The notes under the pieces: generated by a model | Told to the model about the DNA's origin: nothing | The model's input: only the letters and a program-made list of their open reading frames with translations | The model's database searches: none | Position numbers and translations under genes: made by a program | Assembly (NCBI RefSeq): GCF_000189295.2 | Contig: NC_016803.1 | Coordinates: forward strand, 2,400,001-2,432,000 | Length of the DNA: 32,000 bases | Origin: Pseudodesulfovibrio mercurii | GTDB taxonomy: Bacteria > Desulfobacterota > Desulfovibrionia > Desulfovibrionales > Desulfovibrionaceae | Direction: 5' to 3' | Part shown: positions 17,450-27,142 of the stretch, in pieces | Position numbering within the stretch: position 1 is the stretch's first letter | Layout: the number at the start of each line of letters is the position of its first letter

Positions 17450-18544
17450 ATGAAAAAGCAACTTGACAGGGTGGCGAATCCAGGCAGATTCGGCGGGATG
17501 CAGCTGATCGAAGACACGCTTGAGGGCGAACTGGCCGAACGTCTGAACCGGCCCCTGACCGTCGGCGGCCGGACCGTGGCCAACCGCCTGTGGCTCGCGC
17601 CCCTGGCCGGGCTCAGCCACGTGGCCTTCCGCGAGGTCCTGGACGGCTACGGCGGGTGCGGGCTGACGTTCACCGAGATGTGCGGGGCCAAGAGCCTGCC
17701 CACCGAGAGCCCGCTGGTCTCGCCGGTCTTCCGCTGGCGCGCGGCCGAGCTTCCCCGCCTGGTCTGCCAGGTGGCCGGGGCCACCCCGGAGCAGATGATC
17801 CCGGCCGCCCGGCGCGTGCAGGAGTGCGGGTTCTTCGGCTTCGACATCAACATGGGCTGCTCGGTCTCGGGCATCATCAAGAAGAACGCGGGCGCGGCCC
17901 TGCTCAGGGACCCGGACGCGGCCCTGCGCGTGGTCGAGGGCGTGCGCCGGGCCATCTCCATCCCCCTGTTCGTCAAGTTCCGCACGGGCTGGACCCCGGA
18001 CATCGGGCCCGCCGTGGCGCTGGCCCGCCGTTTCGAGGACGCGGGCGTGGACTGCCTGGTCTTCCACCCGCGCGTGGCCCCGGACAAGCGCACCCGGCCG
18101 CCGGTGCGCGAGCACATCAGGGCCGTGGTGGACGCGGTGTCCATCCCGGTCTTCGGCAACGGCGACGTGGTCTCGCCCGAAGACTGCCTGGACATGCTCC
18201 GGACCACGGGCTGCGCCGGGGTCTCGGTGGGCCGCACGGCCATCGCCCGGCCCTGGCTGTTCGCCCAGTGGACCACGGGCCAGACCCCGCCCGCGACCTG
18301 TTTCCGCGACTACGCCCTGAACCTGGCCGACGCGCTCTCCCGCCACTTCGACCCGGTGCGGGCCCTCAAGCGGTATCGGATGTTCACCATCTACTTCGCG
18401 GCCAACTTCACCTTCGGCCACGCCCTGCAATCCCGGTTCCTCAAGGCCAAGACCATGGATGAAATACGTTCCGTGGCGCAAAACCACATACCGCCCGACC
18501 TGCAACTGGTCAGACGGCCCAATTTCAGTCTCTACAACATCTGA
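17450..18544 (+). CDS. tRNA-dihydrouridine synthase (Dus) family flavoenzyme
   Basis: Motifs LAPLAGLSHVAFREV, TEMCGAKSL, FDINMGCSVSGIIKKNAGAALL, VKFRTGW and GNGDV. The start is uncertain: ATG 17450, TTG 17414 or a later ATG. Confidence 0.8.
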   Translation: MKKQLDRVANPGRFGGMQLIEDTLEGELAERLNRPLTVGGRTVANRLWLAPLAGLSHVAFREVLDGYGGCGLTFTEMCGAKSLPTESPLVSPVFRWRAAELPRLVCQVAGATPEQMIPAARRVQECGFFGFDINMGCSVSGIIKKNAGAALLRDPDAALRVVEGVRRAISIPLFVKFRTGWTPDIGPAVALARRFEDAGVDCLVFHPRVAPDKRTRPPVREHIRAVVDAVSIPVFGNGDVVSPEDCLDMLRTTGCAGVSVGRTAIARPWLFAQWTTGQTPPATCFRDYALNLADALSRHFDPVRALKRYRMFTIYFAANFTFGHALQSRFLKAKTMDEIRSVAQNHIPPDLQLVRRPNFSLYNI

Positions 18545-18557
18545 CGGAGGGGAAGCC

Positions 18558-19193
18558 ATGCAGACCATCGACCTGAGCCACGTCATCCGCACCGGCATGC
18601 CGGTCTTTCCCGGCGACGAGACGCCCAACGTGCGGCGCACCCACTTCATCAACAAGCACGGCTTCGCCCAGACCGCCCTGGACCTGACCAGCCACGCCGG
18701 GACCCACGTGGACGCGGCCGCGCACCTGTTCGCGGACGCGCCCGGGCTGGACTGGCTCGGGCCGGACAACTTCACGGGCTGGGGCGCGGTGGTCGACTTG
18801 ACCGCCCTGTCGGCCCCGGTCATCGGCCAGGCCGACCTGGCGCACCTGGCCGACGTGGAGGGGCTGGACTTCGCCCTGCTGCGCACGGGCTGGGACAAAC
18901 ACTGGGGGACGGAGCGGTATTACCGGGATTTCCCGGCCCTGGACGAGACCGGGGCGCGCTTCCTGGGCGGACTGGGGCTCAAGGGGGTCGGCCTGGACAC
19001 CCCCTCGCCCGACCCCGTGGACTCCCGCGAGCTGCCCGCCCACCGCATCCTCTTCGACCACGGCCTGGTCATCGTCGAGAACCTGACCCGCCTGGGCGAC
19101 CTGCCCGCCGAGAGCTTCCTGTTCTGCTGCCTGCCGCTCAGGATCGCGGACGGCGAAGCCTCCCCCTGCCGCGCGGTGGGGATCGCCCTGTAA
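18558..19193 (+). CDS. Putative cyclase / kynurenine-formamidase-family protein
   Basis: Motifs MQTIDLSHVIRTGMPVFPGD and SHAGTHVDAAAHL. RBS GGAGGGGAAGCCATG. Confidence 0.8.
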   Translation: MQTIDLSHVIRTGMPVFPGDETPNVRRTHFINKHGFAQTALDLTSHAGTHVDAAAHLFADAPGLDWLGPDNFTGWGAVVDLTALSAPVIGQADLAHLADVEGLDFALLRTGWDKHWGTERYYRDFPALDETGARFLGGLGLKGVGLDTPSPDPVDSRELPAHRILFDHGLVIVENLTRLGDLPAESFLFCCLPLRIADGEASPCRAVGIAL

Positions 19194-19221
19194 CGATTCG
19201 GGGGACCGGGAGCGCCCCGGC

Positions 19222-20526
19222 CTACTTTCCCTTGAGCACCGGCAGGGTGAAGAGGAACGTGCTGCCGTGTCCGGGGCGGCTCTCGGCCCAGATGTGGCCG
19301 CCGTGCCCCTCGACGATGTGCTTGCAGATGGTCAGGCCCAGGCCCGTGCCCGCCGGGCGGTCGGACAGGTGTTCGCCGACCTGGGTGAATTCCTCGAAGA
19401 TGGCCTGGAGGAGTTCGGGCCGGATGCCCACGCCCGTGTCGGTCACGCCCACGCGCACGGTCCCGTCCACGACGTGGGCCGCGCAGGTGATGACGCCCTG
19501 CGGGGTGAACTTCACGGCGTTGGAGATGAGGTTGACCATGACCTGCATGAGCCGGTCCGCGTCGCCGTTGACCAGGGGCAGGTCCGGTTCGAGGTCGAGG
19601 CGCAGGGTCAGGTCCGTGTCCTCGAACAGGGCGGAGGTGACCTCCACGCTCTTGCGGATGAAGGCCTCGGGGCTGACCGGGGCCATGACGTATTCAACGC
19701 GGTGGGCCTCCATCTTGGCCAGGTCCAGGACGTCGTTGATGAGCAGGGTCAGCCTTTGCCCTTCCCCGGCGATGATCTCGAGGTTCCGGCGGACGACCTC
19801 CATGTCCTTCCTGAGGTTCGGGTCCGCGAGCCGCTCCACGGCCGGAAAGATGGAGTTGACCAGTTTCCGGCTGGTCACCTTGGCGAAGCCGAGCACCGCG
19901 GTCAGGGGGGTGCGCAGCTCGTGGGACACGGTGGACAGGAACTCGGACTTGGCCCGGTTGGCGCGGTCCAACTCGCGGGTCCGCTCGCGCACGCGCAGCT
20001 CCAGCTGGTCGTGGCTGCGCTTGAGGGCGCGCTCGTTGCGTTTGCGCTCGCTGATGTCGCGGGCCACGATGATGGCCTGGCGCTCGTTCCGGAAGGAGAC
20101 CAGGCTGAGGGTCAGATCCACGGGCACCGGGGGCTTGCCCTGGCACAGGGGGCAGGAGAACTCCGTCTCCATGCGCACGGTCTTGGTCTCGTTGTGAAAG
20201 AGGTTGTCGGCGTGGCGGCGGATGTGCGGCGGCAGGATGTCCGCGAAGCGCAACCCCCGGAGCCGGTCCGCGTCGCACCCCAGGAGGACGTCGGCCGCGC
20301 CCGAGACGTCCAGGATCCGGCCGGAGTCCGCATCGACCACGAAGATGGCGTCGTTGACCCTGTCGAGCAGGGCGCGAAAGTGCTCCAGCTCGTCGAGACG
20401 GCTCTTGAGTTCCGGGTAATAGCTCTTGCTGATGGACCGCCTGCCCAGGCCGATGAGCTTTTCGCGCTCGCCGGTCTGTTCGCGGCCGGAATCAGCAGCT
20501 TTTCCTGAATATTTCGATGAGGTCAT
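19222..20526 (-). CDS. PAS-domain sensor histidine kinase (HisKA + HATPase_c), cytoplasmic
   Basis: A PAS segment (LLDRVNDAIFVVDADSGRILD), H-box SHELRTPLTAVLGF, and N/G boxes (NLISNAVKFT, DTGVGI, GTGLGLTICK). The only in-frame ATG lies inside the upstream ADH gene. Confidence 0.85.
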   Translation of the reverse strand: MTSSKYSGKAADSGREQTGEREKLIGLGRRSISKSYYPELKSRLDELEHFRALLDRVNDAIFVVDADSGRILDVSGAADVLLGCDADRLRGLRFADILPPHIRRHADNLFHNETKTVRMETEFSCPLCQGKPPVPVDLTLSLVSFRNERQAIIVARDISERKRNERALKRSHDQLELRVRERTRELDRANRAKSEFLSTVSHELRTPLTAVLGFAKVTSRKLVNSIFPAVERLADPNLRKDMEVVRRNLEIIAGEGQRLTLLINDVLDLAKMEAHRVEYVMAPVSPEAFIRKSVEVTSALFEDTDLTLRLDLEPDLPLVNGDADRLMQVMVNLISNAVKFTPQGVITCAAHVVDGTVRVGVTDTGVGIRPELLQAIFEEFTQVGEHLSDRPAGTGLGLTICKHIVEGHGGHIWAESRPGHGSTFLFTLPVLKGK

Positions 20527-21661
20527 CGGCTGTCGGTTGTTTGGGGTTGGTCAGCATGCAGGCGTCCGCCAGGGCCTTTTCCGCCAGCAGGGGCATGTCC
20601 TCCTCGGTCATGCCCAGTTCGCACAGGGTGCCGGTCACGCCCACGCTCCGCTTCAGGTCGCGGACGGCCTTGAGGGTTTTTTCCCTGGCCTCGTCGTCCG
20701 GGGCGTCCGGGGGGATGTCCGCGCCCAGGGCCACGCCCAGGCGGCGGTATTTCTCGGGTTCCGCGTCGAAATTGTAGTCGATGACGTGGTCCAGGAGGAT
20801 GGCGTTGCACAACCCGTGGGGCAGGTCCAGGAGACCGCCCAGGCTGTGGGCCATGGCGTGGACCGCGCCCAGGATGGCGTTGGAGAAGGCCAGGCCCGCG
20901 TAGGTGGAGGCGAGCATCATGCCGGTGCGCGCCTCCATGTCGCCGGGGTACTCCACGGCGCGCAGGAGGTGCCGGCGGATGAGGCGCATGGCCTCCAGGG
21001 CGTTCAGGTCTGTGATGGCCGAGGCCGCATTGGAGGCGAAGGCCTCGGCCGCGTGGGTCAGGGCGTCCAGGCCGGTGTGGGCGGTCAGCTCCGCGTCCAT
21101 GGTCAGGGTCAGCCGGGGGTCGATGAGGGCCACATCCGGGACCATGGTCTTGGAGACGATGGCGATCTTGACCTTCCGGTTGGTGTCGTTGATGATGCAG
21201 AATTGGGAGATGTCCGCGGCGGTCCCGGCCGTGGTCGGGATGCAGATGAGCGGCGGACCGGGGCGTTCCACGTTGTCCACGCCCTCGAACTCGAGCACGT
21301 GGCGGTTGTTGGTGCAGACGATGCCGATGGCCTTGGCGCAGTCCATGGGCGTGCCGCCGCCCACGGCCACCATGGCGTCGCACCCCTCGCGGCGGAAGAC
21401 CTCGGCCCCGGCCATGACCTCGTCGTGGCGGGGGTTGGGGGTCACGTCCGAGAACACGGTGCAGGCCACCCCCTCGCGGGTCAGGGTGTCCACCACCGCG
21501 CCGGTGCAGCCGAGGGACTCCAGGGCCGGCGCCGTCACCACCAGGGCCTTCTTGATGGACAGGTTGGCGGCGTACTGTCCTGCCAGCATGGCCGCTCCCG
21601 GACCGAAGACGAATTCCGGGGCCACGAACTTCCGTAACTCTGCAAACTCCTCGCCGGACAT
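20492..21661 (-). CDS. Iron-containing (group III) alcohol dehydrogenase
   Basis: Motifs AMVAVGGGTPMDCAKAIG, GLDALTHAAEAF and AVHAMAHSLGG. RBS GGGAGAAAGCCATG. Confidence 0.9.
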   Translation of the reverse strand: MSGEEFAELRKFVAPEFVFGPGAAMLAGQYAANLSIKKALVVTAPALESLGCTGAVVDTLTREGVACTVFSDVTPNPRHDEVMAGAEVFRREGCDAMVAVGGGTPMDCAKAIGIVCTNNRHVLEFEGVDNVERPGPPLICIPTTAGTAADISQFCIINDTNRKVKIAIVSKTMVPDVALIDPRLTLTMDAELTAHTGLDALTHAAEAFASNAASAITDLNALEAMRLIRRHLLRAVEYPGDMEARTGMMLASTYAGLAFSNAILGAVHAMAHSLGGLLDLPHGLCNAILLDHVIDYNFDAEPEKYRRLGVALGADIPPDAPDDEAREKTLKAVRDLKRSVGVTGTLCELGMTEEDMPLLAEKALADACMLTNPKQPTADDLIEIFRKSC

Positions 21662-21752
21662 GGCTTTCTCCCTTTTCGGAAAATGGATGCTCCCGACGCC
21701 GACACCCCCCTATTCCGCTCATCTAATCAACAGGATAGGGTCCCACCAAACA

Positions 21753-24700
21753 TTAGTCCATGATTTTCATGACCTCGCGCACCTCCTCGCGGAAGCGGTC
21801 GAGCAGGCCGTCCGCGCCGCCCTCGCCCCGGCAGGCCGAGGCCAGGGAGCCCGCGGCCAGGGCCGCACCGTTGGCCCCGATGGCCGTGCACACGGACCGG
21901 GCCGTGACCGCCAGTTCCTCGGCCTTGGCCGCGTGGCCCGCGCCGAGCGCCTGCCCCAGCTCATCGAGCAGCAGCGCCAGTTCGGTCCGGGCCGTGACCA
22001 GGAAGTCGGCAAAGATGGCCTCGTCCACGCCGAGGTGCTCCATGGCCGCGTCCGGGGTCCAGGGTGGCAGGGCGTCCAGGGACGCGGGCGCGGGCCCATC
22101 CGCCTTCGCGTTCGGCGGCGCGGACGCGGGCGCGGCCCCGATGAGGCGGTTGATGATCACTGCCAGCTCGTGGAAGTCCACGGGCTTGGCCACGTAGTCG
22201 TCCATGCCCGCGTCCAGGCTCTTGTCCCGGAACTCCTTCAGGGCGTGGGCCGTGACCCCGATGATCGGGATGTCCGGGTCCGGGATGGGCCCGCCCGGCA
22301 CGGCCGAGCGGATGGCCTTGGTGGTGGAGATGCCGTCCAGCACGGGCATCTCGATGTCCATGAGGATGAGGTCGAAGGGCTCGCGCTTGAGCAGGTCCAG
22401 GACCTCCAGGCCGGTCTTGGCCACGGCGTAGGTATAGCCCATGTCCTCAAGCTTGAGGGTGGTGACCATGATGTTGACGTCGTTGTCCTCGGCCACGAGC
22501 ACGCGCACGGGCCGGGTGGGGCCTTCGGGCCGCCGCTCCTCGGTCTCCACGGGCATGGGGCAGGAGAAGCCGGGCTCGAACCAGACCGTGAAGGAAAAGG
22601 TGCTGCCCTTGCCCACGGTGGACTCGACCACGATGTCCCCGCCCATGAGGGAGATGAGCTGCTTGCAGATGGCCAGTCCCAGGCCCGTGCCGCCGAAGGC
22701 GCGGGTGGTCTGGGAAAAGCTCTGGAAGATGGAGTCCAGAAACTCGCGCGGGATGCCGATGCCCGTGTCCTCCACGGCAAAGGCCACGCCCACGGTGCGG
22801 GCCTCGTCCGGGGCCGGGCCTTGTCCGGGTCCGACGCGGATGGCGATGGTCCCCCGGTGGGTGAACTTGATGGCGTTGCCCGCCAGGTTGACGAGCACCT
22901 GCCTCAGCGACAGGGGGTCGCCCTTGACGCAGTTGGGCGCGGCCTCGTCGATCTCCAGGACCATGTCCAGCCCCTTCTGGCGGGCCTGGACCTCAAGCCC
23001 CTTGATGGTCGTGCGCACGTGGAAGGGCAGGTCGAAGTCCACGTGGTCCAGCTCAAGCTTGCGCGCCTCGATCTTGGACAGGTCCAGGATGTCGTTGATG
23101 ATGGACAGGAGGTGCTGGGCCGAGTCCTTGACGGTCTTGAGGTAATCGCGCTGGTCGTCGGTCAGGTCCGTCTGCAGGGTGATCTCGGTCATGCCGACGA
23201 TGGCGTTCATGGGGGTGCGGATCTCGTGGCTCATGGCGGCCAGGAACTCGGACTTGGCCCGGTTGGCGGCCTCGGCGTCCTCGCGGGTGCGCAGCAGGTC
23301 CTCCTGGGCCTTGCGGTTCTCGGTGACGTCGTCCCAGGCCCAGATGACGCCCCGGGTCAGGTCGCCGGGGTCCACGGTCTTGGCGTACATGCGGCACCAG
23401 ACCGTGGAGCCGTTCTTGCTCCGGAAGGCCTGCTCGGTATTGAACTCGCCGCGCTCGGCCAGGGCGGCCTTGGCCGCCAGGACGAATTCGTCCTGGGTCT
23501 GGTAGTGGCCGAGGAGCAGGTTCAGGGTGTTGTCCTGCATCTCCTCCGGGCTGTAGCCGAAGATCTCCGCGCCCCGCCGGTTGATGGTCACGATCCGGCG
23601 GCCCACGGTCATGGCGATGCCCATGAGGGAATTCTCCAGGATGGCCTCGAACTTGACCAGGTTCTGGCGGATGGAGTTCTCCGACTCCTTGCGCACCGAG
23701 ATGTCGCGGACGTTGGCCAGGATGGCCTCCTCGCCCCGGTAGGTGATCCGGGTCAGGTGGACCTCCACGTCGAACTCCCGGCTGTCCCGGTAACGGCGCA
23801 CGCGCCATTCCAGATGATGGGGCCTGCCGTCCAGGACCTCGCGCATGATCCCGGCCATGGCGTGCAGGGGGTTGTCCGGACTGGACAGGTCCTGGGCCAG
23901 GGACACGCCCGAGGGGTCCATGCCCTCCAGGCCGAACATCTCGATCATGCGCTGGTTCACCTCCAGGATGCGGCCCTGGCCGTCGTGGATGATGATGGCG
24001 TCGTAGGCGAAGTCGAAGACGGTCCGCAGGACCTCCTCGGACTCGCGCAGCTTGCTGGTCCGCTCCTTGACCCGCTCCTCCAGGGTGCGGTGGGCCGTGC
24101 GCAGTTCCTTTTCGGCCCGCCGCCTGCGGGTGATGTTCAGGACCAGAGCCAGGATGATCAGGAATTGCAGGGCGCCGAACCCGAGCACGGCCAGGAGCAC
24201 GGCCGAGTGCTCGCGGTAGAAGGAGTTGGGCCGGTTGATGATGGCGCTGTCCGCCGGAAGCCCGGCCAGGTTGACGCCGAACCGCCGGAGCTGGACGTAG
24301 TCGAACTTGGGGGCGTAGACGCTGCCCTGGATGACCGGAATCTCGTCGGGACTGCGCCCGGCCAGGACGTGCAGGGCGAGCTGGGCCATGGCCTGGCCCT
24401 GGTCGTGGCCGTTGGAGAGCATGCCGCCGACGATGCCGTGGCCCAGGTCCGCGTCGAGGATGCCGTAGACCGGCACCTGGGCGCGGGCCGAGACCGCCTC
24501 GGCCACCTCGTTCTTGTCGTAGAACCGGCCCGTCACGTCCCGGTTGAAGACGCCGAGCAGGATCACGGCATCGCCCGACAGCCCGGCCGTACGCTCCAGG
24601 ACGTGGGTCAGGTCCGTGTTCTCGCTGAAGATCACGCTGACCGCCGGGTCCAGGCCGACGAGCTGTTCGCGGATGGACTTGCACACGGCCCGACCCGTGC

Positions 24701-25250
24701 AGGAATAGTCGTTGACCACGTACACGGTCCGGGTGCCGGGGTGGAGCTTCAGGGCGCAGTCGATGGTCTGCCGGGCGTCCAGGACCTCGGCCACGCCCGT
24801 GAACAGGGGGTAGTGCTCGATCTGGTCGGGCCGGAAGAAATTCACTCCGCCGAAGATCACCGGGATGCCCGAAAACAGCTCGTCGTGATGGCGGCGCAGG
24901 AACTCGTAGGCCGCATTGTCCGTGGCCAGGATCAGGTCGAGCTTCACGCCCATGTACTTGTGGGCGTAGACGTTCTTGAGCTGCTCCTCGTAGTGGTCGT
25001 TGAACTCCACCCGCTTGGTGTCCATGTACTCCACGTGCAGCACGATGCCCGTCTCGCGGGGCCGGAGCACGTCCGTCAGGCCCCGGCAGACCTCGTCGGT
25101 CCAGGTGAAGCCCTGGTGATAGGAGTTGAGCAGGAGGATCTGTTTGCGTTCCGAGGCCTGCCCCCCGACGGGCGCGAGCAGAAGCGCGAGCGCCAGGACG
25201 GCGAGCAGGACGGGGCTCAGGGCCCGGGAGGAGCGAACCGGTTGTAGCAT
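21753..25250 (-). CDS. Hybrid sensor kinase: periplasmic ABC-substrate-binding-like domain, TM, 2 PAS, HisKA, HATPase_c, REC, HPt
   Basis: Signal/TM region followed by KQILLLNSYHQGFTWTDEV. H-box SHEIRTPMNAIVGM and G-box GGTGLGLAICK. REC motifs VLVAEDNDVNIMV and DLILMDIEMPVLDG. The C-terminus is a helical HPt-like tail. Confidence 0.9.
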   Translation of the reverse strand: MLQPVRSSRALSPVLLAVLALALLLAPVGGQASERKQILLLNSYHQGFTWTDEVCRGLTDVLRPRETGIVLHVEYMDTKRVEFNDHYEEQLKNVYAHKYMGVKLDLILATDNAAYEFLRRHHDELFSGIPVIFGGVNFFRPDQIEHYPLFTGVAEVLDARQTIDCALKLHPGTRTVYVVNDYSCTGRAVCKSIREQLVGLDPAVSVIFSENTDLTHVLERTAGLSGDAVILLGVFNRDVTGRFYDKNEVAEAVSARAQVPVYGILDADLGHGIVGGMLSNGHDQGQAMAQLALHVLAGRSPDEIPVIQGSVYAPKFDYVQLRRFGVNLAGLPADSAIINRPNSFYREHSAVLLAVLGFGALQFLIILALVLNITRRRRAEKELRTAHRTLEERVKERTSKLRESEEVLRTVFDFAYDAIIIHDGQGRILEVNQRMIEMFGLEGMDPSGVSLAQDLSSPDNPLHAMAGIMREVLDGRPHHLEWRVRRYRDSREFDVEVHLTRITYRGEEAILANVRDISVRKESENSIRQNLVKFEAILENSLMGIAMTVGRRIVTINRRGAEIFGYSPEEMQDNTLNLLLGHYQTQDEFVLAAKAALAERGEFNTEQAFRSKNGSTVWCRMYAKTVDPGDLTRGVIWAWDDVTENRKAQEDLLRTREDAEAANRAKSEFLAAMSHEIRTPMNAIVGMTEITLQTDLTDDQRDYLKTVKDSAQHLLSIINDILDLSKIEARKLELDHVDFDLPFHVRTTIKGLEVQARQKGLDMVLEIDEAAPNCVKGDPLSLRQVLVNLAGNAIKFTHRGTIAIRVGPGQGPAPDEARTVGVAFAVEDTGIGIPREFLDSIFQSFSQTTRAFGGTGLGLAICKQLISLMGGDIVVESTVGKGSTFSFTVWFEPGFSCPMPVETEERRPEGPTRPVRVLVAEDNDVNIMVTTLKLEDMGYTYAVAKTGLEVLDLLKREPFDLILMDIEMPVLDGISTTKAIRSAVPGGPIPDPDIPIIGVTAHALKEFRDKSLDAGMDDYVAKPVDFHELAVIINRLIGAAPASAPPNAKADGPAPASLDALPPWTPDAAMEHLGVDEAIFADFLVTARTELALLLDELGQALGAGHAAKAEELAVTARSVCTAIGANGAALAAGSLASACRGEGGADGLLDRFREEVREVMKIMD

Positions 25251-25322
25251 GACGACCCCTGCGGCAAGGCGAATCGTCCGTTCTCTATCAAATGCGCGGA
25301 AATAAATAAAGTCGTCGCGCGA

Positions 25323-26009
25323 CTAGCCCCGACGCGACGGACAGCCGCACCGGCCGGGCAGGGTCTCCAGCAGCCGGACGCCCTCCGGGGTGTCGATGCG
25401 CGCGGCCATGCGCGGCAGCTCCAGGGGCGGCAGCGGATGCACCTCGACCATGTCCACCGGGCCCACAGCGTCCAGGATGGCCCCCAGCCACTCGGGGTAG
25501 GGGTGGTAGATGTCCAGGCCGAGCAGCCGGCAGTTCAGGTCGGGCATGGCCAGGGCCGGATGGGCCTCGGTCTGCCACTGGATGGCGTAGGGCAGCATGC
25601 CCCCGGCCAGCAGCCGCCCGTCCGAGGGCAGGGCGAACCGCCAGTTCAGCTCCCCCCGGCTGACCGGCGTGGCCTTGCCGAAGGACACCGTGGCCGCGCC
25701 CAGGAAGGCGTCCAGGTCGTCGGTGTTGGCCACCCAGGCCAGGAAGGCGGGCGACCGGTCCAGCCGCTCGCGCACCGCCGGGTCGTCCAGGCCGAACCAG
25801 CGCGGCTTGGCCGGGACCGGCCCGTCCGGGTTGATGGCGATGATCTCCAGGAACATCTCCTCGCCGATGCGCATGACGTGGTTGCGCGTGCCCATGGTCT
25901 CGTGCACCCCGCCGCGCGGCACGCGAACGCCCAGCGCCCGCTCGGCCCAACTCACGCCCCGCTCCATGTCCGTGGCCGCGATGACGATGTGATCCAGTCT
26001 GGTCCGCAT
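25323..26009 (-). CDS. Glyoxalase-like (VOC superfamily) domain protein
   Basis: Motifs RLDHIVIAATDMERGVSWAERALGV and FLEIIAINPDG. RBS GAGG 8 nt upstream. Confidence 0.75.
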   Translation of the reverse strand: MRTRLDHIVIAATDMERGVSWAERALGVRVPRGGVHETMGTRNHVMRIGEEMFLEIIAINPDGPVPAKPRWFGLDDPAVRERLDRSPAFLAWVANTDDLDAFLGAATVSFGKATPVSRGELNWRFALPSDGRLLAGGMLPYAIQWQTEAHPALAMPDLNCRLLGLDIYHPYPEWLGAILDAVGPVDMVEVHPLPPLELPRMAARIDTPEGVRLLETLPGRCGCPSRRG

Positions 26010-26026
26010 GCAATGCCTCGCTTGTA

Positions 26027-26968
26027 TTACAGGATATGTGCGGCAAGTCTGCCGTCATTGTCGGAAAGTTCGATCTCCATGCGCCCCGCCTCCACGGCCG
26101 TGCCGCCCACCTGCACCTTGTACGGGCCTTTTTCGTCACGGGTCACGGTGACCTCGATGAGGCCCTCCCGGCCCATGGCCACGCCCTGGCGCCCCAGGTA
26201 GCCGAAGACCGGCCGGTCGGGCAGGACGCCGTACCGGGAGAGGTAGGCCCCGCACGGGCCGTTGCCGTTGCCCGTGACCGGGTCCTCGTCGATGCCCACG
26301 GCCGGGGCGAACATCCGTCCGCTGGTCAGGCAGTCGTCGCCCGCGTCGTTCAGGACAAAGACGAAATAGCCGTTGCAGCCGATCTCGCGGCTGAGCGCCC
26401 TGAGGGCGGCCATGTCCGGTTCGAGCCGGTCCAGCACGGCCACGGACCGGATGGGGACCATGACCTTGGAGTGGCCGGTGGAGACCTCCTGCACGGGCAA
26501 CCCCTCCGCCGGGTCGTCCGGCCCCAGGCCCAGGGCGGCCAGGATGGCCTCGCGCGTCCGTGCGCCGTAGGGCGGAGTGAAGGTGACCGCGCCCTGGGTC
26601 ATGGTTACCTTGAGCGCGCCGTCCACGGTCTCGATGTCTATGGGCAGCACGCCCGCACCGGTCCGGATGCGCACCCGGCCGTGGGTCATGCCCAAGGTCC
26701 GGGCGCGTACGAAGTGCGACCCGATGGTGGCGTGTCCGCAGGTGGGCACCTCCACCTCGGGCGTAAAATAGCGCTGCACCAGGTCGAAGTCCGCGCCATC
26801 GGGCGCGGGGGACAGGAATGCGGTCTCGGACACGCCGACCAGGGCGGCCACGGCCTGCATGGCCTCGTCGGACAGTCCCGACGCGTTCAGGACCACGCCC
26901 GCGCGGTTGCCCCTGCCGGGCTGCGTGGTGAAGGCGTCCGCCAGGCATACGGTGATTGTTCGCGTCAT
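26027..26968 (-). CDS. PhzF-family isomerase-like protein
   Basis: Motifs CLADAFTTQPGRGNRAGVV, SETAFL and VPTCGHATIGSHFV. Length 313 aa. The SD is weak. Confidence 0.8.
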   Translation of the reverse strand: MTRTITVCLADAFTTQPGRGNRAGVVLNASGLSDEAMQAVAALVGVSETAFLSPAPDGADFDLVQRYFTPEVEVPTCGHATIGSHFVRARTLGMTHGRVRIRTGAGVLPIDIETVDGALKVTMTQGAVTFTPPYGARTREAILAALGLGPDDPAEGLPVQEVSTGHSKVMVPIRSVAVLDRLEPDMAALRALSREIGCNGYFVFVLNDAGDDCLTSGRMFAPAVGIDEDPVTGNGNGPCGAYLSRYGVLPDRPVFGYLGRQGVAMGREGLIEVTVTRDEKGPYKVQVGGTAVEAGRMEIELSDNDGRLAAHIL

Positions 26969-27057
26969 GCCGGGAAGGTAGCCCTTTCACGCCCGTTCCA
27001 CAACCCGGCGTGCGGGGGCGGGGATGGCGGTTCTTTTTTCGATTTTTCTTCCCGTTT

Positions 27058-27071
27058 TTGACTCAAGTCAT
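27058..27071. promoter_or_regulatory. FNR/CRP-family (HcpR-type) box TTGAC-TCAA-GTCAT upstream of hcp
   Basis: The core palindrome TGACT-CA-AGTCA was read directly. Its centre lies about 78 nt upstream of ATG 27143. Confidence 0.45.
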
Positions 27072-27142
27072 ACCGCCGCCCCGTCATCCGGCCTACACCT
27101 GGACCCAGCGAAAGCAACCAACCGAAACCAAGGAGCCAACCC

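Noticed and set aside
17243-18898. Upstream extension of the capsid-like ORF (listed as 829 aa from 18898)
   Set aside because: The extension runs antisense through the dus-like and cyclase genes and is Arg/Pro/Gly-rich. A strong SD and a protein-like sequence begin only at ATG 17242.
20904-25247. 1447-aa ORF on the plus strand opposite the hybrid kinase
   Set aside because: Its composition is extremely Gly/Arg/Ala/Pro/Val-rich, it has no domains and no SD, and it is fully antisense to a gene with clear kinase motifs. This is the typical stop-free antisense frame of high-GC DNA.
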